64,000 nt of DNA, taken from positions 7,006,001-7,070,000 of the forward strand of contig CM030332.1 of NCBI GenBank assembly GCA_017654855.1. Reading direction: 5' to 3'. Under the pieces are notes generated by a model that saw only the letters and a list, made by a program, of their open reading frames with translations, did not search any database and was not told where the DNA came from. Every line of letters starts with the position of its first letter. Position 1 is the first letter of the stretch. The DNA comes from Podospora anserina. Taxonomy: Eukaryota. Made by a program: the position numbers and the translations under genes. Positions 1 through 12,019 of the stretch are shown here, one piece after another.

Positions 1-497
1 ACGGCGGACTTTCCCGCCAGCCTTCATACACATCGATGAATGGTGGCAGCAGGCGGGGCTCACTCAGCTCAGTCCAGGAGCACGAAGAGGATGTCATCAA
101 GCGCCCTAGCAGTGCTCAGCCATGGCAGATGCGGTCAAGTCAGCAGCAGCAGCCCTTGAGGCACCGGGCCAGTCACGATGAGTGGAACCAGTTCGCAAGA
201 CGGCCACAAGCTGGACATCCTCCCTCCATGTCCAACGGCTACACAGCAACCTCCAAGCCAGTGTATGAACCGCGGTATGCGCAACAGCAACACACCCCGG
301 CCAGCACCTGGAGCCGGAGTCAGCTTGATGCCTCGGCTGGGCAGTGGTACCAAGATGCATCTTACCCCCAGGTGCCACGAGGACATTATCGCAAGCGCAG
401 CATGAGCTTGCAAAACTCGTATGGACCAAAACCCCCCTACCGAGTGTTGCATAGCTACAACTCGCCCGCCTATCGCAACGCCCCTATTTGGGGATGA
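1..497 (+). CDS. 3' end of an uncharacterised low-complexity protein (5' part outside the window)
   Basis: Q/P/S-rich open frame ending ...YRVLHSYNSPAYRNAPIWG-TGA, followed by an AT-rich 3'UTR-like tract. Confidence 0.75.
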   Translation, partial: GGLSRQPSYTSMNGGSRRGSLSSVQEHEEDVIKRPSSAQPWQMRSSQQQQPLRHRASHDEWNQFARRPQAGHPPSMSNGYTATSKPVYEPRYAQQQHTPASTWSRSQLDASAGQWYQDASYPQVPRGHYRKRSMSLQNSYGPKPPYRVLHSYNSPAYRNAPIWG

Positions 498-507
498 TGT
501 GAGCGGG

Positions 508-538
<31 letters not shown>

Positions 539-545
539 ACACACA
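508..545. repeat. (CA)n microsatellite
   Basis: About 19 CA units with one TA interruption, read directly. Confidence 0.95.
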
Positions 546-3500
546 AACGCATGATTATTTCCTAGCGTTGTCGTTTTTTATCATGATATCCCGCATAGAC
601 GGCGCTTCCTTCTTTTTTTCGACTGACGAATGTCGCAGTCGTCATTATGAACATCCACATCACACATCGCTATCCGCGAACTTTTCCGTCAGGCATTTCC
701 TTGCAACTTGTTAACTTCTAATACCGGCTTGAATAAGGCTGTGTAGGAATTATTGTACATTTACCATGGAAACATATTTGCACATTTTACGGATTTTTAT
801 TCTTGTTGGGAGTGGCGCTTTTGTTTTATTTTGTTTAAGGGGTAGGGAAGGAGAGAAAGCATACATTTATACCCAGTTGGAAGTTGGAATAGGGGAGAGT
901 TTGGTTCACAAAGGGAGGGACGGACGTTTTTATTTTTTTGTTTTGAAATATTGAAGGGGATTTCTGGATGGAGGTGGTTTGGTCTGGCCCAGTAGTGTGG
1001 TGGTGATTGAGGGAGAGGGGGAGGGGGACCTGGCTTGTATTATTTATATACATATTCGTGTACCCTCCAACCTCTGTATATGCGTGGGGTTGTTGAGGGG
1101 GAGAATAAGAGACATTTTGGAGATGTGATCACTTTGTTCTTTGTCTGTGTTCTGCTTCTGTGTTTGTGGTGAGAGTGGGGGATGCTTAGGGGTAGCCAGT
1201 TGCAAAGATGACTTGCCCAATGGGCGCGGGTTACCAAGTTTTCGGGTCAGCGTGTTGCTTATGCGGTGATGGTGGTGTGTGGGTGGGTGTTCCAAATTGG
1301 GGAGAGTTCCTGCATGTTTGTTTCCAGATGTGGTGTGTATGGGTGGTGAGCAACGTTCTTTCGGTGTCTCCGGTGTCAGGGGTGACTGGCGTACGGGAGA
1401 AGGGGGGGGGCGGCGAGGGATGGGAAAGTTGAGCGAAAGAACGTACGGAAGAGAGAGCTAGATGGAGGACTATGATAGAGTAAGATTGCTGAACCCACTG
1501 TCGCCATTACTTACCACCTGTCACCAGGTATATCATTTGTGGGAGACTTGTGTCATGTTTCTCTCGTCGGTTTCAAAGCGGCCCGCCGGCGTATCCCGGC
1601 GAGAAGATGGCAACAGTGACATATCCAGACAGAGGTCAGTACGCCGTCCGTTCCGGAAAATCCAAGTTTGGGTTTTGTGGTTGAGTCCAATGTCAGGGTC
1701 GTGGTGGGGGAGCGGAGGGTTTGGTACCTGACTACCCTGAATATGCGTTGGAGTGGAGAACCTGTATGTAGGTGAGGCTGCTCCGAGGCTGTGCTGCTTG
1801 TCTAAAGATTATCTTTGGGGTTGGGTTTGACAACAGACGTCATTATCTCCTGTTAAAAGCTTCCCTCTCTACTCGAGATTCGACGGGTGACTAGGCGAAC
1901 CCTTGCTGGAGTACACACCGGTAGATCTGAGTAGATATTAGACGGACTTTTCAGTTGTGACATGTGTCACCGGGGAGGGAAGTGGCATGCCGCTGCAGAT
2001 GCTCGAGGGTCTGAGGTTCGGAAGGCCCTGCAGATATACATCGAAGATCGGATGGGTTTAAAGGTCACCGCAAGGTCCGGCCGTGATGGCGGCCGCGGGG
2101 CGTTTCCTTTCGGCTTTTGTTGTTAATCGTCAACTGCGGGAGGGCGGTGCGTGCCTCGTTCCTTTTCGTCCTCTTTGCGGGGGAGCTACCTACAGCTGCG
2201 CTACTGTATGGTACTTTTCTTGGGTGGTATTCGCTTGTGTAGCCAGCCGTGGGAATCTTTGGGTAACAAGAATCAACAGGTTCGAGGATAATATTCCTCA
2301 GGCATCTCCAACCCAGTTGTGAGATGTCAAAATGATGGAGACACGGTGGATTCTGCGGAAAAGAACATCAAGGCAATTGATGCAAGGCCCAGCCGGACAG
2401 GACCGAAGCTGCTGCGTTGCGGTTGTGTGGTTGGGTCCTGCGTGGTGTCTGCTGTGCCTCAAAACTGAGGAGGCTGTGCGTATGCGGACTGGGCCGAGTT
2501 GGCGACTTGAACCACATACTCTGTGTGGGTAGTCATTCGCCGTGTGGGTGATTGCTACAGCAGTAGTTTGGCAAGTCAGTGTGCTGGATTGGGTATGGAG
2601 AAGTCCAGTGGTTTGGTCAAGCATTTTGGCCTTGTTTCTGCCCAAGGCGACCACGGCGACGACTGCGATGTTGATTTGATGATGTGTTTTGCTTGAACTA
2701 GCCCCCTTATTCCAGCGGCACAGTGCTATAGAGAGCGCAACGATATTTCTCTACCGCGCTTGGCTGGGCCGGTTTCAATTTGCTGAAGTTTGAGTGACGT
2801 TACCTTAGCTAATGTAATATGCTGTGTCCTCAGAAAGACTCTAAATCAAGGGGTCGAACAGACTGGCAGCAGCTCAGCCACGACAGGCATCAAAAATCGA
2901 GTGGATGGAGATGCGGGACAAAAAGTGCTCTGTCCTTGAGCCAAGGGCACGAGATTCGATAGGGCTGATGGGGAACAGCGGTCTCCTGGGCAGAACAGGT
3001 GGTCCATCTGGAGAAAAAGTCAGCAAAATGGTTGGAGAATGTGTGAACAAATGAGAAATGAACGAGTTTGTTGCACAGCCATGATCGCTGTTACGCTGGG
3101 CTGGGGAGCTAGGCCTTGTTCTCCAGGCCCCCAACTGTGGGGATGGATTCGGTACGCAGCTCTCTTGATGCTGCTTTGGGGCCATCTCCGTATGACTTGG
3201 ACCAAAACGTGATTACCTGAGAATTGACGGCTTTGGGCAGAGGAGGAGATGGATTACAAAGCGATATGGCTTGTGTCAAGCCGTCGTGTGGTTTTTGTCC
3301 CTGAACCGTATCTTCGGGGTCGTTGGACAGGGATCAGCGGAGGGCGGGGCATTCCTCGTGGATCCATTGGCAGCAGCGAACTCTTGATGCGGGACAAGGC
3401 TCCGCTTGGTCTTCGGTACTGCTGACATGCCTGCCCCCGTTTTGCTTATCCTCTACCACCCTTCCCCAAAAGAAAGACGCTGCCTCGTCCTTATTTTTCT

Positions 3501-3772
3501 TCATGGCTCGAGGCTCTCACTCACACCTCTTCTTCCCTCCAGCCCAAACCTCGCTGTACATACCCGTATATCGTTGACTACGCCTACAAACTCTGCGGCT
3601 GGGCTAGCTTTGGCTGCCGCAATCCCCCAGCCTCGCAGACGAGCCAATGTGTCGATAGCCATAGGCCCCCATCCAACACGAACCGTGACTGCAGGGAACC
3701 TTTGACCGCGAATCCGAGAAGCTTGTGTATTTTCAGACGGCGGGTTTTGCCAGTTGGCAATCGCCAGGCAAA

Positions 3773-6300
3773 ATGTTTTGCATAAGGGTAAGTCTGTGCC
3801 GTTCTTGTTCTTGGTAAGCCGTTGGGAAATACTACCAGGCAGGAGGCTAATGCATGGCGTGGGATTGCAGTTCGGGCGAGAAGAGCCGCCCAAGAAAAAG
3901 GGCAAGGGGAACTTTATTCGCAGAATGACAACCCTTCGACGCGGAGCTCCAAGTCAGGGGAGATCGGCCATGCTCCAAGCTGCCCTTATGTCGGCTGGGA
4001 TGGGTGGAAATATACGCCCACATTTTACCTGCCATGACTCCATCAGAAGACACATCCTCTACGTCTACAACATCGCACGAGGGTCCGAAAAGACACTAAG
4101 AAGAGAAAAGTTCGAGGCCTTTCTCAAGGGAACACAAGGCGCCTTGTGGGTGGAGCCGTTGACCCAAGAGTCGTACTCTTTCCAAGACTTCTTTTGGGTA
4201 TGGAGTCAAAATGAGTCCGCGTGGTCTGCCGTGAGGAGGCATGAGGAATTAGACGCCTCAAAACCGATCAGCAACTACTTCATTAGCAGCAGCCATAACA
4301 CATATCTGGATGGTAATCAGCTCTCGTCCAACAGCACGGCTGATGCCTATCGCGAGGTTCTCAGCAACGGTTGCCGTTGCATAGAGATTGACGTCTGGAA
4401 CAATCCCAACTCCCGTAGTACCTCCCGAACACCCTCCAAATCGCCACAAATGGAACACCGGCGTCAGTTTTCATCAAATTCAATACCGCGAATTGCCGCT
4501 GAAAGGCTCGATGCCCTCATGAGCAGACACAGCCGTAGCCCTAGCGCCCCCCAAGGCGCCTTCTCATCGCTCGAATCCAAGCACAGCCGGAGTCCAAGTG
4601 CCGCCCAAACCACCTTTTCAACTCTAGAAACGCGGGAAAGCTCTACCACCCTCGATCCGCGAGACCTCGTCGGAAGCCGATCCCGGGCCTCCTCTCGCTC
4701 CAAGGAGGACAAATTCAACGGTGAGCCCGTCGTCCACCACCACGGCACCATGACCTCCATGATCAGCTTCCGCGAAGTCTGCATCGCCGTCCGCGAAACC
4801 GCGTTCCAAAGGAACCCCCTGCCCATCATTGTCTCCCTCGAAGTTGGCGCCGACAAGGAACACCAAGAGATGATGGTCCAAATCATGAAAGAAGAGTGGG
4901 ACGGCTACCTCCTCGACAAGCCATTCGATCACATCGACCACATTACACAACAACCAAGGCTCAACGAACTCTACAACAAAATCCTCATCAAAGTCAAGCG
5001 CATATCTGACAAGCAAGTCGAAGACGAGATTGAGCGCGGGAGGAAGCTCGGAATCAGCTCCATCAGAGCCAAACCACCCATTACCAAGCCCCTGGCCGAC
5101 CTGGCGATCTACACCCACAGCGAGCACTTTGACGACCACCAGTCCCTCCACTCCCGCACCCCATCCCATATCTTCAGCCTCAGTGAAGACTGCTTCCACG
5201 CCTTGGCTCACGACGCTACCAAAATCCGAACTCTCCTCTCACACAACCGCGACTTCTTCATGAGGATATACCCCAAGGGTCTCCGCGTAGACAGCAGCAA
5301 CCCCGACCCCTCTTTCCACTGGAGAAGGGGGGTCCAAATGGTAGCCATGAACTGGCAGCGCACCGACGAAGGGATGATGATCAACGACGCCATGTTTGCG
5401 AACACTCACGGCTGGGTGTTGAAGCCCCCAGGACTGTTGAGTGACGAAAACGTTGACGTGGAGAACATCCCCAGGCGAACATTGGATTTGCGAATTACCG
5501 TCCTGGCAGGGCAGGCAATTCCCTTACCGCGGGACAGGAGGCAGTTAGGCGGGGTGGGGGTGATGGGGGATAGGAAATTCAGGCCGATGGTGAAGGTTGA
5601 ACTGCATGTGGAGAAGCAAAAGGGGGGGAATCAGGATTTGGTCAAGGAGACGGTGGTGGCGGAGACGGATAATCCTGACTGGGGGTATGACAGCAAGTCG
5701 TTGGACTTTTTTGAGGTGAAGGATGTGATTGAGGGGTTGAGTTTTGTGAGGTACGCTTTTTCTTTCTTTCGGGGGAAACCGAAGGAGAGGAATTTTCCTC
5801 TGCGGCTTTCCGTCCTGGCCGGCCGTTGTCGTTTGCACATCACGGAAGCCGGGCGCGTTCGGAATTGTGCAGCACAGAATGAGGCCAGAACAAGTCCGGG
5901 AGAGGCTGGGCGGAGCGGGAACCGGCGAGATGAACGACAGACGGGGGGCATACGGAAGACGAGAAAAAAACAATTTTCTTTGCTTCTGACCGCCTCGCCG
6001 TCATGTCACGCAACGGACAACCGCCTCCCGCTCCGTTCCGGAAACCACACCGCTTCTCATCCCGCCCATCTGTGTCCTTTTATTACAAGCAGTGGCTAAC
6101 AGCAACACGCGTACAGATTCAAAGTAGAGGACAGCTCCTCCATCCGCGACAACCTCATGGCTTGGGCCTGCATCCGCCTTGACAGGCTGCAGACCGGGTA
6201 CCGGTGTATTGACCTGCTGTCCAAGACTCGTCGAAAGACGGAGCACGCGAAGTTGTTGGTCAAGGTTGAGAAGGTTTTTCGGGCTGAGACGCCTGCGTAA
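3773..6300 (+). CDS. PLC: Phosphoinositide-specific phospholipase C (X, Y and C2 domains); exons 3773-3787, 3871-5750, 6117-6300
   Basis: X-box YFISSSHNTYLDGNQL and GCRCIEIDVW; Y-box RIYPKGLRVDSSN...GVQMVAMNWQ; C2 end IRLDRLQTGYR after intron 2. Both introns (GTAAGT..GCTAAT..CAG; GTACGC..GCTAAC..CAG) restore the frame. Confidence 0.93.
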
Positions 6301-6925
6301 TCAACACCCTCAACTGACCGGGGGGGGGGAAACACACGCCGCCGAATGTGTGACTCCGGAGGCCATCTTGCACCATCTCATTCATTTCTGCTGGCATATT
6401 TACCATTTTTTTAAATTTTTTTTTACACCAAGGCAAGCAAGCAAGCGAAGCATAGATATCCTGGCGTATGTTTTGTTATTTTCAGGGGGTTAGCATTCCC
6501 TTCTCATCAATTTTTACCAGGGAGGGCAAGTTTCTCTTTTTCCCCTTTTTTTTTCAAGCGAAGCGGGCGTTGTTTCGTCGTTATATCCACCTGACTAGGC
6601 ATTTTATCATTTTGATCAAAGCGGAGGGAGTTGGCGATTTGGTGATCTGGTGTTGTCGTTTATTTATTTACCATATTTTTTTTTTTTTTTTACTTCTATA
6701 TGGGATGAGCTCGCAATGGGAGCCTTGGATGGAATGGATAAGGAGGAAAGCTTTTGGAATAGGATACCCCATCAAAGTTGTTATTACAGACGTTCTTGTC
6801 TAGTCAGGACAGGACATAACAGGCAAAGCAAACTGAGATTTGCATGGCGTCAACGTTGCGTCTTGAATATTTTTTTTGTGTACTCTTGCACTTGTGGCAT
6901 ACTGATTGATATCAAGCATCTCGTT

Positions 6926-7033
6926 CATCCCACCAGTTGTCTCCGTGGTATGGTTTCCAGCTGCGACAGAGTATCTACCGTGTATCCCGTCCCAACTAGT
7001 CTCTGTGGGATGGTTTCCAGCAGTGATAGGTAT
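6926..7033. repeat. Two imperfect tandem copies of a ~60-bp unit
   Basis: GTCTCCGTGGTATGGTTTCCAGCTGCGACAG versus GTCTCTGTGGGATGGTTTCCAGCAGTGATAG at a 60-nt offset. Confidence 0.8.
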
Positions 7034-10000
7034 GATAGGTGATGCGTCGTATATGTCAAGGCAACAGTGTCCGCGTATGTACACACGGATCTGTCGTGGC
7101 ATGAATACACAAGAAAGAAGTCTGCTAGTCATCCTGTCACCACGGCTCCGTAAGACCCCAGAGCCCAATCTAGACCGCCTCATTATTTCTGTCATTTGCC
7201 TCCCGCGCGCAAATGAGAGATATCTCAACACCGTTGTCTGCAAGCGGGATGATGCCACGGAGCCTACTCCCGCTAAGGGTGGCACAAGGTTGAGGGGGCC
7301 AGGTGGAAGCACCTACACTGACTACCTGGAGAAGTTTCGAGCCAATATGTGCAGAATGACCGGCGGTGAGGGTGCAAGCACAGGCAAGGCAGATGATTAG
7401 CAATTTGCTACTTAGACCCGGGCGCTGTACAAGATAGCTAGCACACGGCAAGATGTAGAGGATAGATGTGCCTACATGATGGATAGGAGGTATTTTCGAA
7501 TCTTGTGCCTTTGTCTGTCTGTGTGGTAGTATCGATTCTCTTGTCAACAATAGGAAGCGACGCCTCGGCGTTGCAAGGTAAAAAGGGTGACAGACAAGAC
7601 ACAACTGCAACAGGGAGCCATTCCGCGAGTTCTCATTCGTTCCCGACAGTCTGGCTCATGTTACCCTCGCCCGTAGAAGCACTGGCTGACAGCGTCCGCT
7701 GTGTAACAAGCTTTGCATGACCTAGCGTGCAGTACCCGAGAAACACTTCGCTGTGATGCCCTCGTGGCGCTGTTTCGTGGTCTGCCCAGTACAGAAGAGC
7801 AGGGAAAAGCGGGAAGGGGGGGTTCCGGTTCTCGGGGGTAGTTACTCTTGTGTGACCCGAAAAATGTGGGAAGGGTTGATATGAACGGCCAGAGAACATT
7901 CTTCGCTCTGAAGATTTCGGGATTTCGGTGTCAACGGCGGCTGTCCACGTCGAGTTGGTTATCGCACAACTGGTGGTTGTAAGTGAGCCATCACTTCTGG
8001 CCGGCTGGTTGCGTAAAGTGCTGAGTGAGAGGGAATCGACGACCCTTTCACCGCCAGGCAGGGCTGGCCGATGGCATCGCAAACCAACCTGATATCAGGC
8101 CACAAAAACCTCCATCGTGGACGGCGTGGTAACAAACGCAGGTTTCCGTTGTCTGGTGTCTATGCTATGGGACTGTGATACAAAGTTCGAGTCTCTGTCC
8201 TGCTTTGCACCGTCTCCAGCTGGTTATGGTGTCTTGAAGTCCACAAGCGTAGCACATGTCGGGATTTACCACCAGGCATGTAGGTCGTGCCTGCGTGAGG
8301 CGCGGCAATGATCGCACCGTCAAGACAAAGATCACCGCCAGGTCAGCTTGGCCAGTGGGGGTGCTGCGGTGTTGCGGTGTTTCTTACCCGGATATCTCCC
8401 AAAAAAGCACTGGCTTTATAGCAGGAAAAGGAGCAAAACGGTCCGTTATTGACCCTCGAAGAAGAGTAGTTTCTCTGCAGCCAAGAGCATCGGAGGGGCC
8501 CAAGTGAGATGGAATCGATCTCACAGATGGCATTCGCAGCTCACCAGGGATGCGGTGCCGAGATCGTGATGATTTGCAGCGATGGGGAACCCTTGAAGTC
8601 CCAGCAAATCACTGGTGGCTGTCGATCCGGTTGTTTTCTTGCGTCCCTCACGAGGCGCTGATTGGCCAGACGCAGCCTGAATGTCTCACCAGCCCAGCAG
8701 CGCACAGGGGGGCAGAGCGCTGATGATACCCCAGTTCCGTGACGACTTCTTGTCGTCGACTTGCGCATGCACGAATCACAGTGTGAGTAGGCTTTCGGCG
8801 AGCCGGTTGAGCTAATAATTGATGGAAAGCAGAGAAAAGAGAGGAAGGAGAGGGCAGAGAGCTTTTCAAACGGCGGGGCACAGAACCGACGATATGACCA
8901 CTCACCACCATCCGTCTGCTTGCCCTGGTCAAACATGACAGAAGACGGAGGCAAAGAACGAACGGGACCTGGGACCACCGGATGTGGCACAGGCGGAAAC
9001 CAACGGCCGACAGCCGATTGCTCACCGAACTTATGCTTTTGTCTTTTATTTTCAAACGGCTGTCAACGGAACGAAAAACATGGGAAACGAACGACGCATC
9101 GAACCGAATCGCAGCTATCACACAACTCCCATGCTTTTCCCAGCTGCCACCCCGCGGCCGGTTGCAAGGTATTCTGCGATCAGGCACTCGAACGCTAACG
9201 GGGCCAATATGCAAACAACCTGCGTAAATATCTGAAATCAACAGCCTAGGGCGGGCGGGGACACTTGATGTACAAAGTATGCACCTCCTATTGCTATCGC
9301 GCGGTCCGACACCGTTTGAGAGACACCACGAGCAACCACGATGAGTATCCATTGCCCTGGGCTTGGACTGTACTGTGCTGTGCTTGTACTGGGTGCCTAC
9401 AAAGTCAGCCCGGAGCGTATTCCCTGTTCTTGCGTTTGCAATCCTGGTATATCTTTGAATCGTGGGTAGTGTAGGTGTGGTAAGTTGTGCGTAATGGTGG
9501 CTGAACCGGCACCATCCGTAACAACGGCCGAGAGATCGGGTGCTCATCAGGGTCTGTCATTTTCTCCCCTTGCTACCCGCCGATTTGTGGGGCTTCGAAA
9601 GCCATTTCCCTTTTTTCTTCCCCTCTTCCTATTCTTTGTTTGTACTAGAGCAAAGATGTCACTTCTTGACTCCCACCCCTCGGTGGAACCAATCCACCTG
9701 TGGCTATCAAAAGGCAAGGCAACCCAACTGGCACCTGGAACACTAGCATGCTATCTGCAAGTCCCCGTATTCTTCCACCGGAAACTCACCGGCGATCAGA
9801 CGACGAGTTCCCGTTGTGTTCCTGAACGCCTCGAATCCAAGAGACTGACGATAATCGTTGGTGATAGCCGAGTTGCTTCGTTTCTTGTCCCCCCTGCTGT
9901 TAGCCTCGTTCGACACCCAACCTAGGAGTTTGTGACGTTGACGCCATCGGACACAAAAGTATAAGTATCTACAACATCCTCTTTGGCCATCTGTCACATC

Positions 10001-10183
10001 TCAAGCACAACAGCCATATCTCGTCCTCACTTCGAAACTTCATCCCATCTCTAGCACTCGAGACTCGCTCAATTCCGGACTCTCACGCTCTGAAACTTTG
10101 TCATCACAACCTCTAGACCCCAAAGCCTCCTCAGAAAGACGACGGCGACACTTCAAAAGCCTACAGTCACCTCACCCTTCACC

Positions 10184-10423
10184 ATGTCTATCACAAGTGG
10201 TCAGTCGCCAGTCTGCCCGATGACTGTTTCTCAACCATCAGATAACACCGATCAGGGACTGGTAAGAAAGACCAAAGATAGCCCGATAATCCAGGGTGAA
10301 TCATCTGTCTGACCGTTCTGCTAGTTTCCCGGTGTCCGTTGCCCTACATGTGCGGCCAAGGGCCTCGAGACCTGGGTCATCGAGGGTCGAGCCTGCGGAA
10401 CTTGCGGTACACCTTGCCTATAG
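10184..10423 (+). CDS. 58-aa Cys-rich (CxxC...CxxC) microprotein; exons 10184-10261 and 10325-10423
   Basis: CACCATG start context; phase-0 intron GTAAGA..CTGAC..TAG; product MSITSGQSPVCPMTVSQPSDNTDQGL/FPGVRCPTCAAKGLETWVIEGRACGTCGTPCL; TATA-like TATAAG at ~9960. Confidence 0.78.
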
Positions 10424-11791
10424 AGAGCTGGCTCAATCACCAAAACTGTATAATACAATGGGGGCATCAATGGCGGTGTATGGGGTATGTAAAAGTTGGA
10501 CATGGGGTTGTGATTTTGGTATTCTTATCTGGTGGCTTTGGGGGGGGGATTGCTTCTTACTGGCGTTGCTTGGTGGCTGGGGGACATGAGAAGGGGATGA
10601 GAGAGAAAAGTTCGGCGTGGGGCTCAGGGAACTATTACGATAATATTATTTGACTCATGATACCCTCAAATTCTGATCAACTTATGAGATCAACATGTAT
10701 CAACATCATGTGAAAGGGATGTCACTTTCATCAACACTCTTGCCAGACAACCCATACTGCCTCGGCCACCTGTGGGCACCCTTCCCTCGGTAAATCAACA
10801 CACTGTCCTCTCAATCTTGAAACCATACGCCTGCCAAGTTCGGCGACGTGAACAATACATACCATGGCCCTCCCGACAGTTTGGTTCCACTGAAACAGAC
10901 AAGGACAGCGGCGTCTGCCACAGTCATGCCCATGGTACAGGGACATAGATAATCAGAAACATGCATCTACAAAGCAAGCTGAAGACTGCCGGCAATAATC
11001 CCGAGCCAGAAGAGTCTAGTATTCCATGTTTCTCTGCATTGCAATGTGCAACGTTTCAGGGCTGTCGTGCTGAATGGGAAGGTGGCCGGTGTCTGGTGTG
11101 GTCTCACATTTGTTGACGATCATCACCAATCACCATGATGGGACTCTTCCCTTTTACCACCAGACTCGGCCAATCTCTTTCCCTAGGCTCAGTGTTATGC
11201 CCATTGCCGACGACCATCACTTACAGTCCCAGTCACACTGCCTCGCATGCGTTTGCAGGGTTCGGGTACAGCAAGCAGTGTGAAACAGTGAGCTTGAAAG
11301 GGGGGGAACAACTGCCGGTCCGTGGCCAGCTGAAACCCCACACCTAACCCACGCACCCGCAGAAAAAAAATGCTTATCTAATCGGACCTGCAAAATTCAA
11401 CGTCCTCAAAAGCTCAATCGCCAATTTTTTTTTTTGCTTCTGCTTCCCAACTTCGCAACACAACGCAACACGACTCCAACAACAGCACAACATCCAGCCC
11501 GCGATGGCGCCGATGTTGATCGTCGGACAACTGCAGTGATCTTTCGATCCCCAGTTGCAGAAAAGCTACACCACACAAACTGCTCGTATCACAAAACTGA
11601 GCCAGTGACGAAAAACACTAGCTTTTCTGCCCAAACGGTAGGTCGGATCTGCCGCGAGTCCATCTTCGACAATTTTCCTTTTTCTTTTCTTCTTCATCTT
11701 TCGTTCGACATTGCACGACAATTTCGTCACTCTTATGGTACGTTCCTCCTCTCACCATCCGGTCATTCTCGTCTCGTCTTCTTGTGTCTCT

Positions 11792-11899
11792 CACTATGAT
11801 GAGAGTAATTTGCGATTGATACCGTCTAGGTGGCTCACTTTCGCCGGTGCGGCTATACCTGTCGGCCAACTGATAGTATTTCTTACATATTCTGAATAT
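11792..11899 (+). ncRNA. snR87: Box C/D snoRNA, probable snR87/SNORD16 orthologue (18S Am436, yeast numbering), intron-encoded
   Basis: Box C ATGATGA 11796-11802; guide GTAATTTGCG 11805-11814 complementary to the conserved 18S segment CGCAAAUUAC; D' TTGA 11816-11819 puts D+5 on the first A; box D CTGA 11892-11895; perfect 12-bp flanking stem 11779-11790/11901-11912; donor GTACGT at 11738. Confidence 0.8.
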
Positions 11900-12019
11900 G
11901 GAGACACAAGAATGCGAGACTTGTTTGACCTTTCACCAAATCATCAGACCATCAGATTAACAGTCTCCCAAGGTTTCTTAGTTATCCTCTTCAACCTTCC
12001 CGCTGTTAGGTAAGCGCCT

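Noticed and set aside
1885-1915. Faint resemblance to the 3' end of 5S rRNA (GGGTGAC..GCGAA.CC)
   Set aside because: Too short and degenerate; upstream sequence does not match 5S
5925-5995. C/D snoRNA in the PLC intron (GAGATGA..CTGA)
   Set aside because: Box C is imperfect and no rRNA-complementary guide was recognised; better explained as part of the larger fold
7400-9950. Many short overlapping ORFs, including the 299-aa ORF 8648-9547(-)
   Set aside because: No codon bias or recognisable motifs; likely intergenic or promoter DNA
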